Assembly: GCF_963676685.1 (NCBI RefSeq)
Contig: NC_092357.1
Coordinates: 26,908,001 to 26,972,000, forward strand
Length of the DNA stretch: 64,000 nt
Direction of reading: 5' to 3'
Source of the DNA: Mytilus edulis
Taxonomy: Eukaryota
Positions 12,076 to 24,020 of this stretch are shown here, one piece after another (within the stretch, counting starts at the first letter, position 1; every line of letters starts with the position of its first letter). The position numbers and the translations under genes are program-made. The notes under the pieces are model-generated. The model was not told where the DNA came from. It made no database searches and saw only the letters and a program-made list of their open reading frames with translations.

Positions 12076-13944
12076 TGTTGTATGCCTTATATCAAGCGAC
12101 AAGTATTACATATATATATTACGGATGATGAAATGATAATGATCAATCCATATATATCTTATTGTAAATACCCAACACTTAGAGTCTTATTTCACATGCA
12201 AAAAAGCGTAACCACTATAAAGATACACTTGTCTTTCTACGAGTAAACCAGTAACTTCTCTTACTCATGAATGCATCATGCTTGGTGGATAAGCAGAACA
12301 ATACAGTCTTAAAGTCATTCGTGCAGGGGGGTCCAACAAAATAATTGTGTACTAGTATATAATTATGACTATAAAGTGTTTTTTTCACTCACTGATTGTC
12401 CTGTCCATAGATCCGTCGCAGAGTTGTCACTTTTATACATATACCTCCAAAGCGAGAAAAAAATTGAAACTAAAATATCTGTGATAGCTTTAGAATCCAC
12501 TTCTAATTAGATAAGTAAGAGTTAAAGAAGATTTCCGTAAAGACTGAAGTGACATTATTGTTGTCTCAAAAATGTACAAGTATAAATAGCATTCTCATCC
12601 TCTTTTAATCAGAGATAGATTTGGACAGGATATGTTAGCCAATTACTATTCACTATTACTGATAGTTTACTATTCACAGTGACCAATGTTTATATGCATA
12701 TTATTCATCAACTGTTAATCCAGTACACCTTCTAAATTACAATATATGTAATGATTTGGTGTTCACATTTATTTACATACATATTATCAATTACAATATT
12801 TTTTTTTATAATGTTCGTTGACTTTCATTTGAAAGAAAAGTGTATGTCAACTATTAAAATTAAAAGATGTACAAGACCTGTTTTATTTTTTTTTAAATAT
12901 ACATATCTTGTTGTCGTACATTTTCCCAGTTGAAAGAAAAATCGGAGATTGTAAATTAAGGAGATTAACTACATAAGAGAATAACGTTTGAAATGATGCT
13001 TAATAAAGTATAGATGATGCAATCTCATTTATCATTTTTAACAGAGACACATTCTACTTAACACTTTCAGTTACATTTTTAATAAAATTTCTAAAAAAAA
13101 AATCTTTTATAATAACTACCCACGGAAATAAGATATTATAAAACATAAAAAAAAACGAAACGAAAAGAAATGGTGACACCAAAATTATAATGACAAACAA
13201 GAGCAATAAAAATATCAAATAATGAAAGGTTCATTAATTTTGGCAAGTATATCGAAAAAACAAAGTCATGGTCAAAAGCAGGAAAGATAACTAAAATGAA
13301 CCGCATGATAGGTAAAGATACGTATATATACGTGGTCTTATGACAGTGAATCTCAATAGTCACGTGATATATAAAAATCATGATTTCTTTCGTTTTTCAT
13401 CTTCTTAGAAATACTTGATATTGATAATATTTTTTTTTATGAATGGGTTTTATAATTTAGGAATACTTACTAGTTAAAACTTGAATGATGCGTTTAACAA
13501 AATTAATTGGTTATCAATAAATAGCCCCAGTCTAAATAATCACCCTAATTCTAAAGACGTCACCAGCAATTTGATAAAATAATATTTCCGTAATCATTGA
13601 TTGGTTTGGGGAGATAACTCTTACAACGTAAAGTATTTTGTTCAACGATGTCAGTTTATAAAGCGCCTAAACTGTTCGATTTTTATATCAAATATCTTAG
13701 TGATATCTTGCGAAATAACCATACTGCTTGTAGGCGGAGAACGAAAATAATAATAAAAGCAATAGGTCCTTTCACGGAAAGTGGAAAGCTCAATTAATAG
13801 AAGATATGTGTCCTTAATTTCATTTAAATTGATATTAGAAAAGCACTGAACTTAGTCATTTTAACTAAATAAACATGATAAATGTTTATGTTCATATTTC
13901 ACTCAAACACCATTTATATTTCACTAAGAACAAACCCACATACC

Positions 13945-14250
13945 TATTAAAACGTTAAAAGCCGCTGCAATTAGTTGCACCTGTTCTAAGTCAAGAATCT
14001 GATGCTCAGTAGTTCTTGTTTGTTGATATGGTTCATAAGTGTCTCTCGTTTTCGTTTTTTATAGATTATAACATTGGTTTTTCCGTTTGAATGTTTTTAC
14101 ACTCGTTATTGTTGGGGCCCGTTATAGCTTGTTGTTCGATATGAGCCGAGGCTCCATGTTTTAAACCGTACTTTGACCTATAATGGTCTACTTAAATAAG
14201 TAATGAATTGGATGGAGAGTTGTCTCATTGGTAGTCATACCACATTGGAC
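13945..14250 (+). mobile_element. Family A-related repeat with the 3' half of a degenerate twister
   Basis: AAAACGTTAAAAGCCGC-TGCAA-TTAG-TTGCA-CCTG-TTCTAAGT-CAAG...GGAGAGTTGTCTCATTGG. Confidence 0.65.
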
Positions 14251-14304
14251 ATTTAGATTGACTTAGATAGCATATATAAACAAAGTTTATAGTAGTCTTG
14301 TATA

Positions 14305-14523
14305 AATTTTAATTTTAGTTTCTTGTGTATGATTCGGAGTTTAGCATGACGTCTATTATCACTGAACTAGTATACATGTTTTTAAGGGGCCATCTGAAGG
14401 ACGCCTCTGGGTGCGGGAGTTTCTCGCTACACGGAAGACCTATTGGTGGCCTTCGGTTGTTGTCTGCTCTATGGTCGGGTTGTTATCGCTTTGACACATT
14501 TCCAATTTCCTTTCTCAATTTTA
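14305..14523 (+). mobile_element. 3' part of the 20040-type repeat
   Basis: Colinear with 20175-20398. Confidence 0.8.
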
Positions 14524-15249
14524 AACTGTATCAAAACATCTTTGATAAATCAGTTTCGTACTTAACATTAAAACCACCGAAACGGAAATGTGTAACACGA
14601 AAAAAAAATAAAATTGTATAATGTAAAAAAAAAACACATTTGCCAAATTTGACAGAAAACCCCTATTAATTTATTTAAAATGATCACCAAATGTCGTTTA
14701 ATAAACATGATAAAGATTAATACTCAAATATCTAATTTTATTGTCAGAATTTAAAATAAACGAATGTTGTTGTAGAATTCTTCGTATTTCGTTTCAAGAT
14801 TTCGTTTTAATTAATTCATTCTAAAAATGTTTAAATGAATACAATTCTTTCGAGTACTAGTATCCTATTCTATCAAAAAAAGCATAAGATAATCATGTAA
14901 TGATAACCCAAATATAGTTCGTAGGAAAGACGTTACCGTTTCAGTCAAAAATAAGATACAGTGTGCATCATTTAATGAAAAAGCAGGCAAATAATGACTA
15001 TAAAAACACAAACTTTAAAACATTCTACCTTTCTTAACATCCAGTTGTGAATGATTTGTTCGAGAATTTTCGAAAAAGTAACGTTCGTTACCTTCGAAGG
15101 TATTTTTCTATTTTATAACTCATTAATGAAATCTAAGCACTTTCTATATCTTTTGGTATCAAGCTTTGAATGTATTATACAATTACGATAAAGTGTTGTA
15201 TTCATTTTGTGATTAAAACCAGATATAACTTACATTCTTCTCAAAGTAT

Positions 15250-16445
15250 TATATGCTCTGATTTGTTTATATTATGTGACTGTTTAGATGTTTAAACTCA
15301 TGACATATTTATTCTGAACTGTTAGTCTTGATTGTTTGTAATGTAATACATTTGCTGGTAACTTTTCTTAATTTACTTATTATGCCACCCCTTTGTTCAA
15401 TAAACTGTTAATTCTATAAAGCGTCTCTTTCGACATTAAGCGATCATTTCTGTTGATGTTGGTAAAAGGAACAGATCATCCTGACACTACAGGTGTTAAT
15501 GTGTTTTAGTTCTGCACATACATGGCATGTTGCCATTGAACATTTCGTCATGAAAATATATGGCATATTTGCAACTGGTCGTTTTGTCTTGCACATACAT
15601 GGAAATATTGCAACTAGACGTTGTGTCCTGAACATACACGATATATTAGCAACTGGACGTAAAGCAACGTTCTTTTTTATTCGCAAATTCTCTATAATTA
15701 GTAGTCTTATGATTAAAGGTCTTTCTTTTAAGGGATTTTGTTGTCGCTTAGTTTGTTTGGAACACACCTGTTATTCTACTCGCTATTGTATCAAAATATG
15801 ATAAAACATACAACGAAAATTAAGGAGAACATGTAAAAATCTACCGCATTGATATCATTAAATTGTTATAAAATAGTTTTCTTCCTGTGTCTGTTTGTGT
15901 CTGCCAACAATGTAGACCCTACAATGTAATGTAGGGTCACGTTTCAGTAAGTTGTTATGATGAGAACCAGTCTTACATATCTGTTTTAATTGTTATAGTA
16001 ATTATATTATCTCTGAGACAGAAGTTGAATTTAAAAAGATATGTTTATAATGCAAGAATTACAAAGTAAAAATGTGCAGACATAGTGCATGCTGTTTGCA
16101 TTTAATTATTTATCAAATCTCGATGTAATACGACGGGCGTTTTTCTGCATTTTTATTACATAACACATATAAATGGCTATTTAAGATAAAAGAAAATGTT
16201 GTGAAGATGTTATACAATATCTAATATTCTTGACAGCAGTGTTTATGAAATTCCCATTTGAAAGCATTTGATGAATTACTATGAGTTTGCTCTTAGTCTG
16301 ATTTGAATCGGTTAATTAATAATCGCTTCGTTTACAAGGTATACGCTAATTGTAGAAGACCATGTGTTTTTCGTGTATTTCTCATGTGTTTTTCATATCG
16401 GTTATTTAATTGCAAAACATTTTCCAAACGCCTCTTTTGATTTGT
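15250..16445 (+). repeat. Duplicated unit R, copy b
   Basis: Shares GTTGGTAAAAGGAACAGATC, the 39 bp repeats and GATGTAATACGACGGGCGTT with copy a. Confidence 0.8.
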
Positions 16446-17473
16446 TCTAAGTATCATAATTCACCATAGTGCTTTTTTCATCAAGCTCCTTCATATATTA
16501 TTGCTACTTAATGTGCTTTTATTCTGTGTTATGTTTGGTTTAGGCTCATCATTTTTGTGATTTTGTGTAAAACATTATTTCTTTCCGTTAACATTATACT
16601 AACAAAATTTTGATATGAAAACATATTTGAATTCACTAATTATATAAAAAAAATTTTTTTTTTTTAATATGTGTCCAATTTTTATGAAAGAACTACAGGT
16701 AGCTCCTTTGAGAGAAAAAAAACCCGATAGAAGGAGTACTATATTCAAATGATTGTATTTGGTTTGAGGTATAGATATATAGATCATAGATTATATTGCG
16801 TGTTCATGTGTACAAAGATATATGATATTTATAAAGATGGATGTTGCATGATTATTTAAAATGTGTTTTTTTTTCATTTGTTCTCCCCGAAAAATGAGTC
16901 TGTAAAAATCGGGGACCCCTTAATTGCTTCCATGGGCAACTTAGGGTTGTTGCAACAGGTGATTAGTAATACAATAAGTTTAAAAAAAAATTAAAAAAAT
17001 AGAAAAATAAGTGTTTGTTAGTTCATTGATAATATTCTGCCGTATCACAAACAAACAACTTGTAACTCTTCATATCATTGACTGAAATATTCAAATACAA
17101 CAACAATCGTAGTGTGCACGTGAATTGACACAGGTGAATGACAATGGAATGTACTATGTTACCACGAACGTAAAACAAGGATTTTTATAGTTAACAAATC
17201 TTTGGTCAAAAGAATTAAATAAATGTTTTGTGAATTTCAAATAGTGGTGTCAAAATATCTTACTACAGCAACACAATTCTTTTGTACCTCATAATGAAAA
17301 ATATAAGGATAACATTAAATACATGTGCCGCTTTTATACAAATGATTAAGAAACAACTTAATTTCTTTCAATTTCGTAGTTACTTATAATAAGGATCGCG
17401 TAATTCTGATTCATTTTAATTGTTACAATACTTGATGAGAGGTTGCTTATTCCTCTTGTAGTGTTTTCATGCT

Positions 17474-17570
17474 ATAAAACGAGGACACAGAACGTTACAC
17501 AGTAGCTAAGCGTTTGGTTATTCAGAAATTACATATCATACAAGGAGCAAATTGTCTCTGAAGTATGAAA
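17474..17570 (+). promoter_or_regulatory. Candidate TATA box, initiator and short non-coding first exon
   Basis: TATAAAA at 17474, CAGT initiator-like site near 17500, possible donor GTATGA near 17564. Confidence 0.3.
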
Positions 17571-18729
17571 ACAAAACAATAATAAGTGTATCATGTGTGC
17601 ACATGAATGAAGACGTCGTTTGCAATGTACTATCATGGTCAACACGAAATTCAGATAAATTCAGTGAAGGCATGTTGATGTAAAGAAGATTGAAATGTAA
17701 CATCGGCAAAGACTTTTTCTTTTGCATGTGTGAAACTAAAAAAAATTAAAAAAAATGCTTGTGAGAAATATCGTTGTTTATAAGGAACAATATGGATGTA
17801 CTGTTTTCGATTTTAATTGGATGCACATTTATCTGTTAATTTCATATCGTAGGAATAGAGATTTGCATAACATTGTTAAACTGTCCGTCAGAGTGACATG
17901 CAATGTGCATGCGTATTTAAAATGGAATACACAAACAAACATGTATGATAAACTGATAAAACGAAATATTAAGAAATTAAGGATGACTGAACGCATGTGC
18001 AAGAAGGGACTCACCTTTTCACCAAGGCATTTAATAAATAAACACGCTTTTAAAACTGATTGTTTTATATGTAACTATTTAAATATTGACAATTCATAAT
18101 TTACGTTCGTTTTTCAACCGAGAATAGCAAAACAGTTAATTATAAAATGCATGAAGTATAGCGCTGGGGTTTATAAATTACTTTTCCTTTCACTGTGCCA
18201 TGGTTTGCCATTTTCATTTTTCTCTAACCAAAGCATGGTTTGTTGAATGATCTGAATTTAAGTAGAATTTCGGCATTTTTTTTTTCAAAATCAAGTAAAC
18301 TGAATCAGAAAAAAAATCACACTATCCTAAGCCGAATATCTAAAACTTGCGAAAGATATGAAAAGGCAGGAAGAACAACTTGGTCAAAAAAAGACAGGAT
18401 GACATTTTTGTAAAAAAAGAAATTCGGACATACTGATGAAAAAAAAGACATGACAGAGATTTCAAAACCTTGAACATAGGTAAGGTCGACAGTTGGCAAT
18501 TACGAGTACAGTAGTTTTTTGAACAAATTAATTGTAAGCACATCACTGTGATAGTACACTAGGCACCTGCATGCCGTATTCATGTATTATAAAAATATCT
18601 ACAAAAAATAAAGAGAGATAATTCTTTCATTTTAAAAAATAAACAATATTTACGTAATACTCATTCAAGACCTGCAGAAAAAAAAACCTTAAACAGAAAA
18701 ACAAACATTATTGAAAAAGTTTCAAAGCA

Positions 18730-19690
18730 TTTCAGATGAAACTCTACAGCGAACTTTTAGTCCATGCCGTCATATAAAGAAGCATTTAACTCTTAACTCT
18801 TTATTATTGAAATATTGTTACACTTAATTGATTTCAATACTATTACATGAAAACGTGAAGTAACATAAAATATGGAATTGGGAAAAAAAAATGAATGCTA
18901 TGAAAAAAATCATTTTTTTTAATTATTTCAACACATCTACAACTGTATCCTAAAAACATTACCTGACTTTTGTTCTCATTAAATATTAACCAGCAATGAT
19001 GTTTCAACGCAACAGCAGCTCAATATACTAAACGTATTGTAATAGCATGCATTATTCCCAAAGGAATTAACAACTCTGTTGTCTATTACATTAATATTTA
19101 CGGTAAAATATTTCTTTTGAATTTACATTAATGTAGCTTTGATGAATTACTCAATCATGTTGCCGACTTATATAAGAAGAACGCTGTTATAATTTTTCTA
19201 ATCATAAAATCCTGTATCTTAGGGGAGACATGCAAAACGTTACGAATAAAGTTCATTATTTCAAAAATTTGCTAGTAATGAGAAAGGTGTCAAAGATTCA
19301 TGTTTGGTGAGATTGTTTCGTTATTCTATTCACAAATTCAAGAAGACAGTAACACTGATATTATTTAATGACATGGATACGATTGATGATACACAATCTC
19401 ACTATATGTCTTGTTTGATGTTTTTAATTTGGATGTTTAATTCTTATAAAAATATTTGAGGATATATTGCTGTATTGAAAGCTGGTAGTAAGTATTTTAT
19501 TCGTATTTTTTTATAACTGATTGGATAGGATTTATATAATACAGATTTTTTTTTTTTTCAAATTGCAAAATCAGGATTAAAACGAAGAACGAATTAGTTA
19601 CAAAATAGTTAATTAAACATATGTAGGTACTAGAACAGAGAAAAGAAATGAAAAACGTGATAAACATAAATCTGGATAAGAAAGTATGAT
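18730..19690 (+). repeat. Segmental duplicate of 44260-45190
   Basis: Colinear blocks, e.g. AATTATTTCAACACATCTACA, GATGAATTACT.AATCATGTTGCCGACTTATATA, GGTAGTAAGTA. Confidence 0.85.
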
Positions 19691-20039
19691 TTTTAACCAA
19701 TTTGATTCGTTCATGGATAGTCACATGTAAAACTATATTTTCGAAGGTAGAGAGAAAACGGTGGATATATAGCAAAAAACATATTACACAGCAAAAAGTG
19801 CATTGCACGATTATTTTTATAATATGTAGAAACCAATTTACGTTGTTGCGTCGTGTAATGAATTTTATGATATTGTTAAAAGTTTTATATAAAAAATCTA
19901 TGACCAATTATTTGAAGAAGAACAAAATCTTCAACTAAATAATATGAAAAAAATAAATGAAATAACGACATATATGTGGTTATTTTCTAGGAGACAATAT
20001 GATATCAATAAAATTCAAACAAAATCAAATGAAGACTTT

Positions 20040-20398
20040 GTATTGTTATGCATTTACTTTTCTACATTGGCTAGAGGTATAGGAGGAGGGTTGAGATCTC
20101 ATAAACATGTTTAACCCCGCCGCATTTTTGCGCCTGTCTCAAGTCAGGAGCCTCTGACCTTTGTTAGTCTTGTATTATTTTAATTTTAGTTTCTTGTGTA
20201 CAATTTGGAAATTAGTATGGCGTTCATTATCACTGAACTAGTATATATTTGTTTAGGGGCCAGCTGAAGGACGCCTCCGGGTGCGGGAATTTCTCGCTAC
20301 ATTGAAGACCTGTTGGTGACCTTCTGCTGGTTTTTTTTATTTTTTATTGTCGGGTTGTTGTCTCTTTGGCACATTCCCCATTTCCATTCTCAATTTTA
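20040..20398 (+). mobile_element. Twister-bearing repeat (family A variant)
   Basis: Twister motif at 20069-20159, four-way junction module at 20261-20329, and a GTTGTCTC.TTGGCA end shared with family A. Confidence 0.8.
20069..20159 (+). ncRNA. Twister ribozyme-like motif, type P5, family A variant
   Basis: GGCUAGAGGU(P5)-AUA-GGAG-GAGGG-UUGAGAUCUCAUAAACAUGUU-U/AA-CCCC-GC-CGCA-UUUU-UGCG(P3)-CCUG-UCUCAAGU-CAGG-A-GCCUCUGACC(P5). Predicted cleavage 20112/20113; one P2 mismatch and one pseudoknot wobble. Confidence 0.72.
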
Positions 20399-21249
20399 AT
20401 TGATCCAAATATCGTCGGAAATTAACAGTAACAATTATAATCTTTGTATGAAGTCAATACAGGATATACCGACAAAAAGAAGTATATCGACCTCGGACTT
20501 CATCCTTTGTCAGTATACTTATTTCCGGTCAATATATCCTTTTATCATACATTTAGTAGTGAATACAGTAGTTTCGAATATTTCATAAATAGCCTGCTGT
20601 TTAATCCATATTATGACAATAACTGTTGTAAGCACAAGATTCACCTCACACTTTTAAAGTTCTGCTTCATCAAACATTAAAATGTGAACTTAAGTTTTGA
20701 GACTTTTGTATTCGACACGATTGGGATTTTTGTATATGAGAACATGGTTTATCTATTAGTTGAAAATGCGGCTTTGAACTAGCTTTCAGTACCTGCGAGC
20801 ATTCGTTGTTCAATAATGTGTGTCTTTGTGTTATTATTTTATGTGATAAATTGTTGTGTTGGTACACCACTGTAACAATGAAGGAGGAAATGAGGAGGGT
20901 TGGTTGGGTGGAAGTGGGGAGGGGTATGCGGAGCGCTATAACAAACATGTCTATGCGGCATGGGCTTTGATCATTGTTGAAGCATCAATGTAAGGGGCAT
21001 TTTATATCTTAATAAAACTATTCTTATTTAAGATACTATATATTGTTATCTGATATTGGACGAAAGATGTTAACCTTTTAGGTAATTATGTAATACAACC
21101 TACGATCATTTGAAAACACATATTAAACAGCCAAATGGATGCACAAGAGCTAAAATAGGAGTCATAGATCCTATTGACAACAATTATCTGCCCAATTTTA
21201 TTGATTTTTTAACATTTGTTTCAAATATGACCAACTTCTTATCCAAAAT

Positions 21250-21787
21250 CACCAGCACCGTATCAGGACCAACCAGCACAATGACAGGACCCACCAGCAC
21301 AGTATCAGGACATGAATAAATTGAGAAAATGCTAAATTTTAATAAATTGCAATGTTTTTCACAAAATAGTTTTGTCGTGTGGATTGCGGTATAGAAAGCG
21401 GACTCTATGAGCATTTTTGTTTTATTTTTTCAGTTCTAGATTTTCTGAAAATGAGCATTTTTGTGTTACGCTTACTGAAACAGTTTAGAGGGTCAACTTT
21501 TTAATGGTTTACATATGAACCCATAAGAAACAAAATTGAAAAATCGCAACTGTTTTCTTCCATTTTTTATGAGTGAAAACGTCAAAAATCATCCTTTTCA
21601 TCTTTGTTTACATTTTTTTATTGATCACCAGCACCCGTCAGGACCGAATCACCAGCACAGAACATTCTCTCACAGGACAACCATACCCACCGTGAGATGC
21701 TTGATGAGTTCAAATCAGTATTCAGCAATTACCACTTTACATTACACCACATTACAACAGAAATTAGAAAAACATGTAGAGCCCTGA
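21250..21787. mobile_element. DNA-transposon-like remnant with 21 bp subterminal repeats
   Basis: CACCAGCAC...CAGGACC x3 at 21250-21310 and again at about 21626-21680; ends GAGCCCTG. Confidence 0.4.
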
Positions 21788-21842
21788 AGTATTTCACAGA
21801 CATTGTTATGTTCCTATTGGCTTTATAAATATTTCGATTTGA

Positions 21843-21886
21843 GCGTCACTGATGAGCCTTATGTAGACGAAACGCGCGTCTGGCGT
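21843..21886 (+). ncRNA. Minimal type I hammerhead ribozyme (PLE/retrozyme type), core intact
   Basis: GCGUCA-CUGAUGA-GCCU-UAUGU-AGAC-GAAA-CGCGC-GUC/UGGCGU. Stem I GCGUCA:UGGCGU, palindromic ACGCGCGU in place of stem III, one stem II mismatch; cleavage after 21880. Confidence 0.85.
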
Positions 21887-22369
21887 ACTAAATTATAATC
21901 TTGGTACCTTTTGATAACTACTATGTAGCTTTCTTTCTGGCAAACACGGTTTTATAAATGCTGACTGGCACAGACCATTGAAAAACAATCGATTTGTTTA
22001 AAATAAGAAATGAAAATAATTGTTGTTTCAATTTTTTTATGGCAAGTAAGAAAAATGACCGTTTGATTTAAAATTGTTTAAAATTATTTAGAATAGATTG
22101 AAATAGATGGAAATAACGTATTTTAATGTGAAAAGGCTAGACTTTAATTTTTGCCGTAGGGATGTGACTGAGTGGTTTTATTTACAATTATTTCCCATTA
22201 TTTTCCTAGTGAAAATCTGCAAATAATTATTGTATCATCATGTTGTTTGATAACTAAACTGAGAATATAACGGATGAATTTATAGTTAGCTGTTTAATGT
22301 TCAGTGGCAACTATTAGATGTATCATTAGGAGGACATTTACAATGTTAATATAATAAAATTAGATGTAT

Positions 22370-22715
22370 GTTTCATTATACATTGTAATACGTTATTCTG
22401 ATTGGCTACACTGCAATATTGCCTTATTCCTTAATCAATTTCATTTCACAATAAAATTTACCATTCATGATGACACAAGGTCCCACAATATAGTGCAGAG
22501 GTAAATAAAACTTGGTAGAAATCGTGTTTTCATGATCCTAGCTAAACAATGTATTTATAAGTATTGAATGCTTCTTTTTGTAACTTCATAGGGTTGCAAA
22601 AGCGTTGACCGTGCGCAATTTTTTAGAATGAAGCTCCTTCCGCACTTCATACAAAATGTACTTCGGTCAACGCTTTTACACCCCAATGAAGTTACAAAGA
22701 GAAGCATTCAATACA
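22370..22715 (+). mobile_element. Non-autonomous element with long terminal hairpin (Crypton-like appearance)
   Basis: TTCTGATTGGCT near the start; about 50 bp inverted arms TATTGAATGCTTC...GCGTTGACCG / CGGTCAACGC...GAAGCATTCAATA (22562-22712). Confidence 0.55.
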
Positions 22716-23677
22716 TAAATATAAACAAGGACATCCTGTGTTAAGCAAACATGTGTATCACGGCACAAGAGATCACCTATAGACCGTGTATATCATATGT
22801 ATATTTAGGGTGGGTTGCTCCGAATAAAGGAGATATAGATACAGGAAAATAAAGAAAAAAAAAGAAAAATTTAGAATAGTGTATAACGGGCAAAATAAAG
22901 ATCAGAGGAAAATGGTATAAGAAAATTAAAGAATAGAGAAAGTGGTCTAGTTTTTTGCCGGACAAATGTTGAAGATTATTTGAAGTCAAGTGCATTTATA
23001 GGATGAATAATACACAATCGTTGTACATTGGTAGGGATTTATGTTTAGAGTTGATGAGGCACATATGAGAAATTGTTTTTATTTGAAATTTTTCGAATAA
23101 TTGTTTTTTTTTTTCGTCTGATTTTAAAATGAATAAAAAATATCTTTAATCTAAAAACATATGGTTTAATTACGACATATAGATAAAACTGCTATTTAGT
23201 CGATTTTAAAATACATGCTATAAAAAAGAATACATAAAAATACTTAACAAATTTAAACAAAAAATCAACCTTAAAACCCCGAATATACTTTTGTAAGAAC
23301 ATTAGATTAATTCCGAATTCCATCTAAAATACATTGTTCATTTAAAGAAAAAAAAAGGTGATTCCTTAGGCAATTAAAAAAAAATGACTGAATTCTTTGC
23401 AGACTGTAGTTTACTCGCACATTCATCAAGTACGTATTTCTACGGCTAAAACAAATCATAATTGTATCTTTTAATTTGTTTAAATTTATTCGAGTGTTTA
23501 TTTTTCAAACTTTTTATGTAAATAATGTTGGATCAAGATCGAGTCAGCTTAAATTATAATCTATTAAATCATTAATTAAAAACTAAAACATGTATCCATT
23601 CTAAATTTTACACATATTATCACCTATATCAAAAGATTAAACAGAACGCAATTTTTGTTTTATATTTAAAAAAAATC

Positions 23678-24020
23678 ATGTACGGTAAACTATGCACGCC
23701 AAGAAACGATGTACGCTTAAACGGTACGATATACGCTAAACGAAACGATGGACGCTAAACGATACGGTATACGCTAAATGAAACGATGTACGCAAAATCA
23801 TACGATGTACGGTAGAAGGGCGCTTTTGTTATCGTTTATGTTAGGTTTATGGTACATGGTTTCGTTCGTACATCATTCGTGCAGCGTCCGTACAACGTTC
23901 CGTCAGCGTTTCGTTTGCATTCGTACATCGTTCGGGAAGCGTACGTACATCGTCCGTACATGGTTCGGGCATCGTTCGTATTGTGACCTTTTACGTTACA
24001 CGGACTGTATTTGGGGTTCC
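23678..24020. mobile_element. DNA transposon end with inverted arrays of ACGATGTACG / CGTACATCGT repeats
   Basis: Direct repeats at 23705-23812 and their complements at 23865-23980; CpG-rich relative to the flanks. Confidence 0.5.
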
